From: Schizochytrium sp. TIO01
Lineage: Eukaryota; Protista; Bigyra: Labyrinthulomycetes
Length of the DNA: 64,000 bases
NCBI GenBank assembly: GCA_004764695.1
Contig: SMSO01000006.1
Span: forward strand, 511,859-575,858
Reading direction: 5' to 3'
The position numbers and the translations under genes were made by a program. Positions 1-14,092 of this stretch are shown here, in pieces; the stretch's first letter is position 1, and every line of letters begins with the position of its first letter. The notes beneath the pieces are model-generated. The model searched no databases, was not told the DNA's origin, and saw only the letters and a list, made by a program, of their open reading frames with translations.

Positions 1-56
1 AATGAATGAATGAATGAATGAATGAATGAATGAATGAATGAATGAATGAATGAATG
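1..56. repeat. (AATG)14 microsatellite, cut by the window edge
   Basis: Read directly. Confidence 0.98.
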
Positions 57-658
57 GGAAAAGTGCGAAAGGAGGAGAGAGTCTTCGCCGCTTCTTTCAT
101 TGAACTAACTAAGCTTGCATTGAATTACATGCAGTGCGGCAGCGTGCCAGTTCTTCGCTTGTTCTTCTGTATGTTCTGTCTGCACTGCTGAGCGGCGGCC
201 TTCTTGAATGGAACGATCTCTTCTCTCTCGGCATGGATTCCGCGCGAGTTAAAAAAAAAGTTAAAGTCAGCTCTCCAAGGTGGCACGAGGGACTCCCTTC
301 CCTCCCCGAGAAGAACGGAGGCTTCACTCGCTTGATTTCTGCTTCAGGTTTGGCAGTAATTTCTATCAGCAATCAGTCAGTCAGTCATTCCAAGTGCTGC
401 TGAAGTGCTGGTGGTTGGTCCTGGCAGGCTGCCTGAGGCGGCGCCAGCAGTGGGCCAAGATTTTACTTAGAGTTCACGGTTCAAGAGCTTTGAACTCATG
501 GAAGAACGCACGTATCATGTTGGGGTGAGTGTTGGTTGTTATCGTGCCTTCGAGACCTCTCGACAAAGATTTGCTTAAGCTTCTAGCTTGAGTGGCCTGT
601 TATCTTGTGTTACAGACCGAGTCCGAGAGAAGACGAGGAGGCGGCCCGTCATCAAGAA

Positions 659-706
659 CAGCAGCAGCAGCAGCAGCAGCAACAACAACAACAAAAACAA
701 CAACAA
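659..706. repeat. Compound (CAG)n(CAA)n microsatellite
   Basis: Read directly. Confidence 0.92.
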
Positions 707-3491
707 GGTTTTCAGCCACGAAGCCCCTCCGTATTTTTAACAACGAGAGGATGAGGCCGTGGACGGTCTCGCTGACCCTTGATGAAAAGCTGTTTCTTTC
801 TCTCGGGCCAAGCCGGTCTTTAAGAAGAAGTTCTTCCTCGCGTGTCTTGGCAGCAGAAATCCAAGAGGCATTACGACTCCGAAGTTGCGCTCGTTTTCAC
901 AACATGAGCGGCTGAATCTCCCTCTTCCTTTCTTCATTTTTATTTTAACATAAAGCATGTTCTCGCCTGTTGTGGTAATAGCGAGCAGACTAGTAGGAAC
1001 CTGCCTACTGTGGCTCTCTTACTTTGAACAAGGGTGGGCGTCAGGTTGAGCATAAATCGTGGTGGGCTGAGAAGAATTGCGAACTTCGGCGCGAAGGGAC
1101 GCCTTGCGCCCACGCGGCAGCGTATTCTCGCATTTAAAGCCGTTCGCTATTCGATTGTCCACTACAGTCCGCCAGTCTCTGCTTAGGGAACATCACATCA
1201 CATGCATTGATGCAAAGCGAGGGGCACGCAAACAAAACAAAGACCAACTCCTCTTGGTAAATCAGATGTGAATTTTTTAATGCTTTTCCTTTTCGAATTT
1301 CATTCTTTTCTTTCAAAATGATAACTGGCCATTCATTGGCCAGCATTACGTACTACCAGGTATAAAATCTCACTGTTTTGTTTTTTTTTAATTATTTATA
1401 TTTTAATTATTTATATATTTATATATTCATTGCACTGCTCTCTTTCCAATTCTCTGTATCTGAATTTAAAGAAATAGTGTCAGGACATTAGCTTTATTTC
1501 CTCAGAACGAGTAAATTTCAAACTTCAAAAACAATAACACATGACGAAAAAGGAAACAACTTGAATGATAACAGGATAAGCAACAAAATAATCGCGAGCA
1601 GCGCCCCAGCATTTGCGGAGTCTGCGGAGCGACGGCTCTTGGTCTTATTTTCTCGCTTGGTTTCTGCTGTTGTTTAGGGCACTTGTCAATTAGACTCGCG
1701 CCGAATGAAACCCCGGACACCTTTTGCCATGAAGGTCATCCGGTTTTCAGATTTAAAATGAACTGTTTCCACCCTTTTTTTATTTTAGGTTTTTTTCTAC
1801 TTTCTCTAATTTGAAAAAAAGCAGAGGAGGGGGGGAATAGAAAATATATTTCATGTTTCGGTTGCACCTGGAGCGATAACAACTGCTGGTCTGGCTCAGC
1901 GATTCCGTCGCTACCTTCCTTCTTGTGTTGGCTCTTAGCTGGAAAGTGGTTCTGGTGGTCTCTTTTGTGCACGTTTCTGGGGTGGCGCATGGCTTTGCGA
2001 CTTGTCACGTTGAGTCGCGCAACGGGACAGTTCGAACCAACAATCAAAGATTGAAAAATCCTCGTGTCACTTGTTCTCTTCACTTTTGCCTCTGAACTCT
2101 TCACATCTGTCACTTTTGCGCATTGCGCCATGGCTACACCTAATAGTTCCTATACGACTCCTGTCTATACGCCATACCTGTAAAGCAAGAATGAGAAAGA
2201 CTCAACTAAAGCAGCACTACGACCCACCGCTAGACTAACTTCCAAAACTTTCTTTCAGGTTCTACCTAATTTTAGTTTAGTTTCATGTCAAAGTGTTCTT
2301 CTTTCTTCTTTCTTCCCCTCTCATCACGCTCATTTTTTTGAGAACTCTTTTTCCCTGCGCCTCTTTGCGCAACAGTAGATGGCATTTGATGCGTTCATCG
2401 CAGCTCTTACATATAAAACTAAATCATTACTACTTTAATTGAGAAATTATATCAGATAAACAAGATAAAAGTGAAACAAGATTGTTCCTAGTAGGGAGGA
2501 ATGTTTCAACTGTTAGGTACCATTTGTCTCGCTCTGCATGTGTTTTCGACGCTTTGATTGGTTACTTCTTTAATATATCGATAGATCAAAACCTTTAGTA
2601 GGAAGCTAGTCCACTGCATATTCAGTGCTTCTTATTTAGCAGAAATTAATTGATTATTAATTATTTATAAATAAATAAATGTATAAATTAAAACTAGTCT
2701 ATTTTAATCAAACAATGGGAAACATAAGAATACTTAAAACTAATTACTCACGTTTACTACATGTATTGACTTTCTTCTTTTTTCTCTTCCTTTCTTTTTA
2801 AATTCCGAAATTGTGACACTTTAATTTAAATAAAAAAAAAAAAACATTATCTGTTTTTTGGAATTTAAAACATTTAAGCAAAATGATTTGATTATCATTT
2901 GAGCTTTATTATTTTAGTGACCACACTTTTTTCCATCCATCACATGCTCTGAAGAGAGGCACTCTCACTTTCCTTCCTAAAGACAACATTAAAGAAAGCT
3001 TTGCAAAACGTATGAAATAACCTCACGAGTCCAGCTCGACTCCCGGTGGTTCTCAAGTCAAAGTGCCTGTGTTCAAGAGCCACCTTCGCTGAAGCTGCCG
3101 AGCTAGCTAGACCGACTAGACCAAGCTACGCAACCTCCACGAACCCTCGCTCTCGCTGAAGCCTCTCAGGAGGAGCCCCTTTCGCCTCTCCGAAAGCTGC
3201 GTCGGTGGACCTCTAGCTAGAAAAATGCAGTTTGGATGCCAGATTAGCTATCTAGCGAACTAGCTAGGCCAGCATCACCCCCAGAGTAAAAACTAGTCAT
3301 TAACTAACTAACTTGTGAACAGCAGAAACTGGATGATGCAATATGATGCAAACACAACTGCTCGGCGCTCAGCACAGGGAAACCCCAATACCAACCACAA
3401 CTACTACCAGTGTAAACTTGTATCGTGTGTTTACGCGCAGAAAGAAGAGGGAATTTGATATGTAGGCCCTAATTGAATGAATGTTGAAAAA

Positions 3492-3530
3492 CTACCTACC
3501 TACCTACCTACCTACCTACCTACCTACCTA
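3492..3530. repeat. (CTAC)n microsatellite
   Basis: Read directly. Confidence 0.95.
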
Positions 3531-4297
3531 GCACTACCTAGAATAGTTTTATTCTTACTTTTACTTTTATACCTAATAGCCTGTACCTGAGTATTTTCTT
3601 TTTAAACTTGGAATCAGAGAAAGGTTGCGATGAGTTTTGGCATGAGCTCAAATGTGTTTTTATTTCAAAGGCTCTGCGGCGACCAATAAAATCAATTTTC
3701 AACCCTTCAGCAAAAGCAGGTGCCACGGAGGCGGCGGCCGAGTTATTAGTTAGCTGCACATATGTGTGAACAGCCAGCTACTCCTATTACTACTTGGTCA
3801 AGGTTATCAACGCCAAAATGCTCTACAGGTAGGCCATGGTCTATTACTGCACTCTCGCGAGATGGACACTGGTGAGATGCGATCCGTCTCCTTTCTCCTT
3901 TAGCACTCGAACTACCCCGGTGAGAAATCAAGATGACGAATTTCGGGACAGTCCCAAGGTCTGAAAGCTGAAAGGGTTTCCTGTTTCTTCTTCTCTCACT
4001 CCGTAAGAATGACTGAAAGAGCCAAAGTCTCGGTCTCGTGCTATTGAATTTTAAAGTATTTTTTAATAGACTGGGTACCTCAAATATGTCTTGGTTTTCG
4101 GAATTCGTGCTCAATGCCCACGATTTCGTTGCTTATTCTGAGTTAAAACTGCGGAACAATAGAACCTGCATCGAATGTACCACCTCTGTCCTTCAACAGG
4201 CTTTCAGTGCCATTCGAAGCGTCAATTATGCATGGCCAGAGAAAGCGTCGTGAGATCGCGGTGGTAATCAGGAGTAGGTACCGCCTACCTACTCAGC

Positions 4298-4393
4298 CTC
4301 ACGACACATAAATCTCACGACGCATGCATTTCGTGACGCATAAACTTTGCGACACATGAATTTTGCGATGTCTAAATGTCATGACGCACTAAA
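4298..4393. repeat. Degenerate 16-bp tandem array, six units
   Basis: CTCACGACACATAAAT / CTCACGACGCATGCAT / TTCGTGACGCATAAAC / TTTGCGACACATGAAT / TTTGCGATGTCTAAAT / GTCATGACGCACTAAA, at a strict 16-bp period. Confidence 0.8.
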
Positions 4394-5198
4394 CCAAATC
4401 CAAGAGAATCATCAAATCGCAGTAATTTTGAAGGCACGCCTGCTTCCTCCATCATGTGCGGAAGGCGTGACAAGAAGTCGCCAAGTAAGGAATCCAAAGC
4501 TTTTCCAGCAGGAATTGCCCGATCGAGCATCTCATGCATTCACTACTATGCAGAACTTATGTACCTTCCTTCTACGAAGTAGTAGGTACCTGTCTCCATG
4601 GCTCACTTGCATTTCTGCTTTACGAGCTTGCTACGAGTGAGTTCTACGCGGACAGGTAGGTGGGCAAGTACCTAGGCACCTAAGGAGCCGAGGCGCGACG
4701 ATCTCTCGATCGATGGACAATTAATTCTCACCTTTGTAGATTCAAGGCACCTGTGCTTCTCGAGATAACCATCATAAAACGCCAGCGACCTGATAATTCC
4801 CACTCCTGGAGGGAAGAAGAAACGAAGCTATCGATTCAAGTTGATCGTACTGCTACTACTACTCCTCCTCCTACGACTACCAGTGAGTGAGTGCGCCAGT
4901 GCAGCAGTGCAGTACAATGGGAAACAAGCGCTGCCGCGGAAAGAGCAGAACTTTACTTCGGACGCTTGTTCTTCTTCCTGCCTGCCACAGAAGAAGCCCG
5001 TTCGCTGGCTGGCTGTCCGGCTGGCTCTGAAATCTTCTGTGGCACCACAGAACGATGAAAGTTTCCCGGCACCGCTGCGCATCATTTGGGTGTACGTACG
5101 CACTGCTACTGGTCCTACGCTGCTTGTCCTCGATCCCCCCCTCCTGTCCTAACTAAGCAAGCTTTTCTTTTAAAAAGATTTTAAAAGAGAGACCTTAA

Positions 5199-5245
5199 TG
5201 AGCTGAGCTGAGCTGAGCTGAGCTGAGCTGAGCTGAGCTGAGCTG
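5199..5245. repeat. (TGAGC)n pentanucleotide microsatellite
   Basis: Read directly. Confidence 0.95.
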
Positions 5246-5824
5246 TTCTCGCGGAAGACTTACTTTCAAGATGGCGATCGATCGGCCACAGGCTGAGCAG
5301 ATCGTAGTGACTGCGTCCGAGGTGGCAGGCAGGCGCCTCAAGCACCTCACGCACCACGCAGAACGTATCTGCTGCGTGACTCCTCCACCCGCCTGGAGAC
5401 CTTGAACTGCTCAATCTTCAACTTCGTGGCGGTCCCTGCGTAGTATAGATCTAGTATGCAGCTCGCTAGAATCTACTGCCTTCTACGCCTAAGACTTGTT
5501 TTCAAAAGTACAAACAAATGAACGAATGAGAGATGGATTGATCAACTTCTATGGAACCTGCCGAGTAAGCAAGCAAACAAGCAAGCAAGCAACTAGAAGG
5601 TCTTCTTCTTTCTTTGCGGAAATATTCTTATTAGCACGGAAATGATTCAGTTCGAGAGGCGGCGGGCGACCAGGGACCCCTGTTCTGTCGCGAGGCGCGG
5701 CCGCAGCAAAGACTAATTTTTAAAAAAGGGTCCGCTGCACTGGCGCAGTATGGTTTAGGTTCCGGCATCGGATCAAGCCTCGCTATTTCCGAACTGTCCA
5801 AAAGTAGACGGCACTTGGTGACTC

Positions 5825-5884
5825 TTTGTTTGTTTGTTTATCTGTTTGTTGGTTGGTTGGTTGGTTGGTTTGTTTGTTTGTTTT
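5825..5884. repeat. Compound (TTTG)n(TTGG)n microsatellite
   Basis: Read directly. Confidence 0.9.
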
Positions 5885-8800
5885 CTTTCTTACTCTTTTG
5901 CACTCCAAGCTAAGAATAGCGCTACCAGGAATAAGACTCTAATAAGTATACGTAGCGAGCTGATAAGCGTCGCTCGAGCAGAGAATACAGTAGGACCTAT
6001 TTAGTACCTACTACGTGCGGTCTTATCACTCAAGTTGAAGACATACGAAACTTGCGGATGCTCACAGACGAAAGTGGTTAGTTTTAAATAAGTTGGTTAG
6101 TTATTTATTTCATTCAACTGGTTAGGTAGTTCTTTGGTTTTTTATTTGTTTGTTTGTTTGTTTGTTTGTTCGGGTTAATACTCCACTCTTTTCCTTCTTT
6201 CTTGCTTTCTTTCTTTCTTTTTTTCTTCCTTTCTCTCTGGTGGGGCCTTTTATTCCCTCTCTCAGCTTTGTTTAGTGTTTTTTTTGTTCGGATTATTATT
6301 TAGTCGTAATAACGATGACAATCATTATGAAAACTGCGAGCAGCTAACTTTAAACAAAGTTCCCAATGATGAATAAATTCCTTCCTTTCTTTTTCTTTTA
6401 TTAATAAACTTGAATTCTCAGAAAGTTTAGAAATAATTGGAACGAATGGAAATGGAAAAAGGAGCAAGAGCTAAGTAGACCAAGGTAGGTAGAGTTCCTG
6501 AAGTAGCGATAACGAGATCTTCAACTGCTGTGCTGGTGCCAGACTCGACTGAGGAGCATCAATGTAGGTGAATTGACGACGCATATTTCCTTTTCCTTTC
6601 AACAACGGTCCCAAACACAAGGTCTACTTGCAAATTGTCGATCCATTCATTGGGCACTTTGACTCGCGCCAAACAGGAAGCATAGTAAGGTAGGGGTACT
6701 AAATAGAATTGTGAAACTTCAAAACGGAAATTAGTACTTGCAAGTTTGCAACGCAGCATCTCAAAGATCTCATCATCTACCAAACCATGAGACAAGACCT
6801 TTCAACCTCACCAAAGCCGCAATCTTTTACTTCCGTATATCCTGAGCGAGACTGTCTAGGAAGAGACTTAAGAGACTTCCAGCAAACTCCTATTTGGGTA
6901 ACTCCTTATCCCGCTTTGAAAGCCTTCCTGCCTCCACTTCCTTAGTTTAGTACGCAGAGTGCGTACCTTCTTAAAGTTACCCATCTTGCTCTTTTCTTTC
7001 AACGTCTCTGTTTTCATTTATAAATACAAGGTCTTACTTCGGCAAACAGCGTGAACCTTCTCAACATGAGTCTTGAACCCTCAATGCATTAAGTATTGCA
7101 ATTTTTTTGTTAACATAGAGGCTCCTCAACCTAGGCACATCCCCGAAATGTTTTTGGAAAGGACATTATTGGCCCTCTTTTTCTCTCTCTCCAGTGCAGA
7201 AGCGTAGAAACATCATCATCCAACGAACTGCTCTCGTCGTAAATGTTGCCCGCTCCATTCCTTTCATGCCACATAAATCTGAAAAGTAAAGAATCTAGCT
7301 TCTTTTAAGATAGGAAAGTTTTGTACATATTTAAGAAACTTTCTCGTAGCCTTACAATGAAAATATTTTCGAAGGTGTTATTTTTTTATCTCCCTTCAAA
7401 GAATTTAAAAAATTATAATATTTATTTTCACCTTTATATTACTTTTTAAAATAATTAGAGCAAAAGAACGATTTGCTTTTTCAAAAGGATATGTTATGAA
7501 GCTGAACGATAAGCATAGAATACATCTCGGAAATTTCATAAATAAAACCTTTTCTTTTTAATCAAAATTTAGAGAATAGTGAAGAGTATGACCATGATGG
7601 GACGACCATAGCTGAGTGCTAGGAAGACTGGTGTACCAGACCAGTGTATCATTTTCCACAGAAAGTAAAGAGGCTCGTTTGGGCCAAAATTAAAAATAAA
7701 TTTTGCAAATTATGGTCTAGCCGCAAACCGGGGCGCCTTCATATATATAGATCAGCCGGTTTAAACGACATTGTATGGCGACAAAGAGGTCCGACTAGGG
7801 CCTCATTATATTGTTGCATTAAAATGCGGCCTCTTGCTTCGAAATTTCGTGTTCAGAAATCAATTTACTCGAACCTGTAATTAAAACTCATACCGAAAAA
7901 CTTGTCAGCACATTTTCCTGTATTTCTTCCTTCTTTCCTCAATCAATAACATGTTGGTGTTTATATCTCAATTCTTATCATTTGCTGCCGGTGGGATGGC
8001 ACAACGAACCCATGGAGTCTTTCTTTCTTCTTCCTTTTACCTTTTCAAAAGCATACGCTTTTTACTGTCTTTAGCTCTTCTAATACCGCATTCTTTAACC
8101 GATTGTAAAAGGCTTACCGTTTCTGATATTCGAAATGCTATTAAAACTCACGTACACAAGACTTTTCGAAAATTTAAAACACCACCTACTCTGGTATGCT
8201 CAAGAATTTCTGCTTTAAATGCTATGCAAGAAAAGTTTCTGCTCTTTATAGGAACTCTCTTAAACCTCAGCTTAGTCCTCGCATTATGTTCTCATCAAAC
8301 ATTCTATCATCTTTCTTTGGAATTGACTGCAACTGAAGTGACAATGTCACTACAAGCTTAGAGACAAGGAAGTCTTACATTTTCCCTATGGATTGCTCAC
8401 CAATCTGCATTTGAATAAAGGAGGATATTACTCACATGCGTAACACTACCAACAAACGAATTTTCACCTGAAACTAATAATCATGCTTTATTTTGATTTT
8501 TTCTTGAAAGCATTCATTTGAGACAATTTGTTATTCCTCTTAATGCATATAGTTCTTTTCTTTGCAACAGGCACACCTACCATGAGTTGATTAGAAGTGT
8601 AAATAGTTTTATGGTGTCACTTTACTATATTCGAAAAGGCCGTAGAATATGTACAAAGCTGCGCATACAGCGAAGCATTTTAAAGAGAGGCAAGGCTAAC
8701 AATGTAGAAGCTTTTTGTCTCTAAGAAAAGGGATAATTAGAAAGAACTTTGTCCGTACATTCTTTTTTCCCTGTGAGGCTTGCAAACGTTTAGCTCTGGA

Positions 8801-11800
8801 GTTAATTAATTCAGCTTCATGCCCGTCGCTTTTCTTTTCAACCTTCTAAGGCCAGCTTAATCGCGAAGTTCTACGAAAGAAGATGTAGAACTCCAGAGAG
8901 GTTCAATGTGTGACATCCAAGATAACCCTGCGTTTTGACTAACAGGAAACAATACGATGACGACGGAATGGAACACTCAATTAGAAATGATTAGAAATGA
9001 TAAAAGTCCGGGACAGCACTTTGATCTCTGAGTTTTTCTCAATCCCTGTTGCAAGACATAGCACATTAATCATTATCAAAATTAGAGATAAGTTTTTTTG
9101 GTTCTCTGTAAGTTCAAGTTCTACATAATTGCGAGCGAATGTGATACTTTGAATGCATATATGATAACTTTAGTCTAAAATCATGAAATTTACTTTCCCT
9201 TTCAACTCTTCTTCTTCAATTTTGATGGTGGTTTATACACCGATTTTGTTCCCTTGAGTTAGTCAAATTGCTTCCCTAGTCCGCAGAGAAACAAGAGAGC
9301 AAGAGGTGCACCATTGTACATCGAATTTTCTTCGGTACTATATATTTTCTAGTAAAACCCCCAAATTTAGGCAGACTATCCATATTTCAAAAGGGAGAGG
9401 ACAATTATTTTAGTATGGGTCAACCAATGTCCCTGCAGCTAAGCAGAATAGAAAGTAGCATATGAAGTATTATATAATACCCAGCTAGTATTTATGTTTT
9501 CGACATACGCGAGTGCAGCTTCTTAAAAGAAGCATATCTTGGATGACTACTTTTGTAGTTTTGTTTGCAGACTTTTTCTCACCCTCGAATCAAGACATCA
9601 AGACATCGTCCACCCCCCCTCCTTCCCCCGCGCGCGCCACCCCTCCCCCCTCTCTCTAATCATTCTCCAAGAGTGTTTGGTATGTCTTGAGCTGTCAATT
9701 TTTAACGCCCATTGATGACTCAAAAATACAGTGACAAGCAATACCTTGTTCTACCATGACTTGAGGCCATGAACAAATTTCCTGTATTTCTTGTCGACTG
9801 GATGGAAAGAACAAGTTATCAAAGTTAATCTCTAGAACAGGTTTTCTGCTCAAATGAAAAGACTCATTTGATAATTCCTTATTAGAAATTCTCTGAAAAG
9901 CACAGCTCATAAAGCCTTTCTACAGCAAACATACGCACCAAAAGATGGAAAGCTAATAAAATAAAAATCACTGACAGCTTGTATCCACGTCGTTAGTAAA
10001 CGGTCTAATCCATCTCCCTCGAAATTTGTCTTTGGGTTTTTAATTAAATAATATCATGTATTACAATGACTGCAAATTCATATGCAAGAATACGCATTTG
10101 TAAAAAACAACGTTAAGAGCTATCAATTTGGTTTCATTGTACGCTGTCAAGAAGGATCGCCATTGTATTGGTGTAATTAAAAAGGGGCAATTGTTCCGAA
10201 AGATCGAATGAGGCTTTCGACTATTAAAAATGAATTTTATTTCCAACCCTATGCCTGGAATTAGATAATACTACCAGAAGGAGTGTCCCTAGGTGTTTCT
10301 CATTGATGCGGGATTTCGTGCTTCGAAAGCAACATGAGCGTTTTTTAGCAAACCCTCAAAAAGAAGTATTCCGTCATCCACCCAATAGTAGTGTCGTTTT
10401 TTTCAAACGTGAGGAGGTTGATTTCTTTAAGAAGGAGGCTCCTCAACAAACCTTTATGCAAGCTCGATTGAGCCGATCACATCAAACTCTGTGAGGAGTA
10501 AACCGATATCTCATTGGTTTAATATGTTATTGAATCTTATTTGGCTCCAAACAAATGCATTGCAGACCAACGCACGACCCAGTGAAAGCCAGATTATCAT
10601 ATTACGTAACCTTATAGACACTCAGCTATTGTATCTGAAACTGCACCTCTCCAATCTGTAGTGTTCTTTTGTAAGGAAGAAATTCGCATTCCTACACTTT
10701 GTTATGGCACTCAATCTATGTTTTCAATAGTAATCATTTTATTTAGTGTTGATAAGAACAGATTAATTATTGAAATACAGGCCTTCCTTTCCTCTTGATG
10801 CCAAACAACGATGATTCTCTTTTTTGCAAACCCATTTCAGAACTTGGAAAGTATTTTTACTCAAACCCATGATGATATGGCAAATAATCAGAAACCTCGT
10901 AATCTTTTAAGATTTAACACTGCGTTTTGTCTTGAATTACTTGAACCAAGTAATTTGGGGAGGGGGAAGCCACTTGCAACCCTTACCTCTTAGTCAAACA
11001 TCGTCTTAAATTTATGCAACAAATCAAGGTCTTGGTATGGTTGGTCAAACAGTCGTGTCAATTGAGTGGCTATTTCAAAGGGCTACGCAATTTTACTGTT
11101 GGTATAGCTATTACCTCGACATCGCATCATCAGTAGAGATAACAGATTCCGCTTATTCAATGATCTATAAATATGATATAGTGTGATTAAAAGCTTGACT
11201 TTGCTTGTTTATGCTGGTGCTTGCACATTATATTTCTCTCCAATTGTAGTACCATTCATCGAACCTATCGACACCAATCAGAGCTATATGACTTATTTCA
11301 TGTGAATTGATTTCTCAATTCATCGGAATAAATGTGGCCCAGCGAAGGTTGCGGTCCTTACAACGCACCTGGTTTTACTCAAACCTAGAGCAGGATGTTA
11401 GGAAACTCAATTGTATTACAACACACAACCATCACTTGTGGACATGCCTAACCAGCGAGTACTGTGATACATTGTGAATGATGAATACCCTTATCTTGAC
11501 TGACTGAACCAAAAAAAAGAAAAACAGCAAGCCGTGAATCATTAGGTGGCAAGCAAAAAGCATGTATGTACTGCGTCTCCATCTTATTTTCTCACAGCTA
11601 TTATTTTCCATGGGAAGAACTCTGTCGGTCTCTAGCTCCAGTTTACATCGTTCTTTTCTATTATGTCTGCGATCCTTTCTTATATGTTCAGATTACATGA
11701 CTGTGAACGTCACCTTGGACGCGGGGGAGAATTTCGAGCTGTGTCGTGCACGGCCAGCTACAGCTTCCTTTATACAATTTTTTAATAAAATTCTCGACGT

Positions 11801-14056
11801 GACTGAAGTTCAGATTGCACAGATGGTACCTTGTACCTTCATGTGGTCACCAAGAACGCCAGAATATTATCTGCTTCTCAGAAGCGCTCCAAGTTCTTCC
11901 CTTCTGCTGCAACTTTCGGCTAAACTTGCGAGTCATAGCCTCAGGTCCCGTATCATTATCTCAAGAGGTCTGTCTGTCTGTCTGTCTGTCTGCCTGGCTG
12001 GCGAGATGGCTGATGTAAGTCAGGACGCACGAACGTTTCTAGAAAAAAAATCGAAATGAAGAATGAGAGGAAGTCACTTCAAAAGGGGGCTCCTGAGGAA
12101 GGTTTTCTCTCGTATTCACTGTCCTAGCCTGTTCTAATCGTTCAACAATTTCCATCTATATGAGCATCTGCACTTAAGATGCACAAAGATTGGCGTACGT
12201 GAGTGTTCAATTTGGACACACTTCAACTCTAATTGCAACCTCGAATTCGCAAGGAATCAATGATCATGGCAACCTTCAGAAGAATGGAATGTTTTCTCTT
12301 CTTTATGTTAATTAAATACACGTATTTTTATTTCTACAAAGCAAAGCAACTCTAACTCCTCTTTCCAAGTTCTTTTGCCAATGCCAACTATCTTCTGTCA
12401 TCTTTCTTTCTGTAGTGGAAGGAAAGTGATAATGGAAACTCGATCACCTTATAGGTTTCTTTAGGTATCTTTCAAGCAAAAACTCATGACTGGAGTGAAT
12501 CAATCGAAAAGAGTCAGAGCTACCGAAGATAGCCTAGCACAGCTTCCCCTCGAACCCCAGCCTTCACCCTCGCTAAGAGCTGGAGAGCATGTCCTTTATC
12601 CTAGTTCAAGTTGATCATTCATAAAAGTTGCTTCGGTACTAGGTTACCACCAACTACTATTAATTGAAGTACTTGCCGCAAAACAGGAAGACACTGTTGA
12701 AACCTTTCTTCTTCCTTTTTCCTTCCCTGTAGCAGGCGCGCGCCTGTGATCGTCGCTTGTGGCTCCTGCGTCGTCACTTCGTCTCCTCGCTCTCAGAGAA
12801 AGTAAGCACGCTCCTCAGAACTGGCACCTTCATAGTAGCCAGCAGAAGTAGGCAGGGCAGGCCTCTCTTCAGCGACCTTAGACGAGCACCTGCTGCCGGC
12901 CTTGGCCTTAGGAGCCTGACTTCTCCAGGAGATGATCGACTGCTCGAGTGATTGACTGACTGATTAACTGACCTAGCTACTTCGCTAAACTATTTTTAAT
13001 TAACACTAGAGAGAGAGCTTACAAAAAGATGCAATGTCACTGGCACGATAAGGACTGCTTTAAAAGGGGAAAGTAAGTTTGTGAGACCAGGGATCGAGAG
13101 GTTTCGAGAGATTTCCAAGGGATTAGAAATCAGAGCTGACGGAGATCAGAGATCAGAGATCAGAGAGTAGGATCATGAAGCAAAGGCGGGAGAGCACTCA
13201 CGCTGGCCAAGTTCTGGATCCGAAGGCAAACTTGGAAGCTCTGCGAAGAAACCGTAGGAGAGGCAAGAACCTCTCTGATACCCGAACATTTCTTGAAAAT
13301 GCAATGGCGACTGGACAACACCAGCAGCACGCAGTGACTCGGTCACTCATTCATCCATCCATCCACCCGTCTGCTCTAGACAAGTCACGAGAACTTGCAG
13401 TTGGCACAACACATGGTTCACCCACTCGCGAGTGCAGATCGCCAAGCCAAGCACGCTTGCACAATCACAGCTTCCTCCATGCGAGCTGGTAACGAGGAGG
13501 TAACGAGAAGCGAGAAGGTTTGTAATTATTGGAACGAATGAAACACACCTGCTTCCATCAACAATCGCGACAAAGATAAACAAAGAAGCGAGCAAACAAA
13601 CAAATTGAATAAACAGGGGATTCATACTAAGCAGAGGTAGGCAGGTAGGTAGTGCCCGTACCTACTTCGGGAGTACGACAAGGGAAAACTAGTAGATACA
13701 GAGCTACAGAGCTACTACTTCGTACTGTGTCGAATTGATTCATTCGCTTCGGTAGGAATATACTTTATGTTGGCACCTAGAACAAAGGTACCAGTGTTCT
13801 TTTAGGCCTATATTATATATATTATGTAATATATTTTTACATTAATGTAGCATTCTTTGCTGTCATCTAGTGGACAGATTTATTAGTTTTCTCATTCGTG
13901 GACACCTTCACACTTGCATGTATGCACCTCAAAGCTGGTGGCGGAATGACGGAGTGCTTAAACCACAGCACCTAGTACCTTGTAGGTTATGCAGAAATGA
14001 TGGCCTCTCGCGGCCCAGGCTTCAAGTTCAAAATTCTCTTCCACGCAAAGTTTTTT

Positions 14057-14092
14057 TTGTTGTTGTTGTTGTTGTTGTTTGTTGTTGTTGTT
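14057..14092. repeat. (TTG)n microsatellite
   Basis: Read directly. Confidence 0.9.

Noticed and set aside
11562-12059. 165-aa ATG ORF
   Set aside because: S/L-rich, runs through a (TCTG)n microsatellite and shows no domain; insufficient support.
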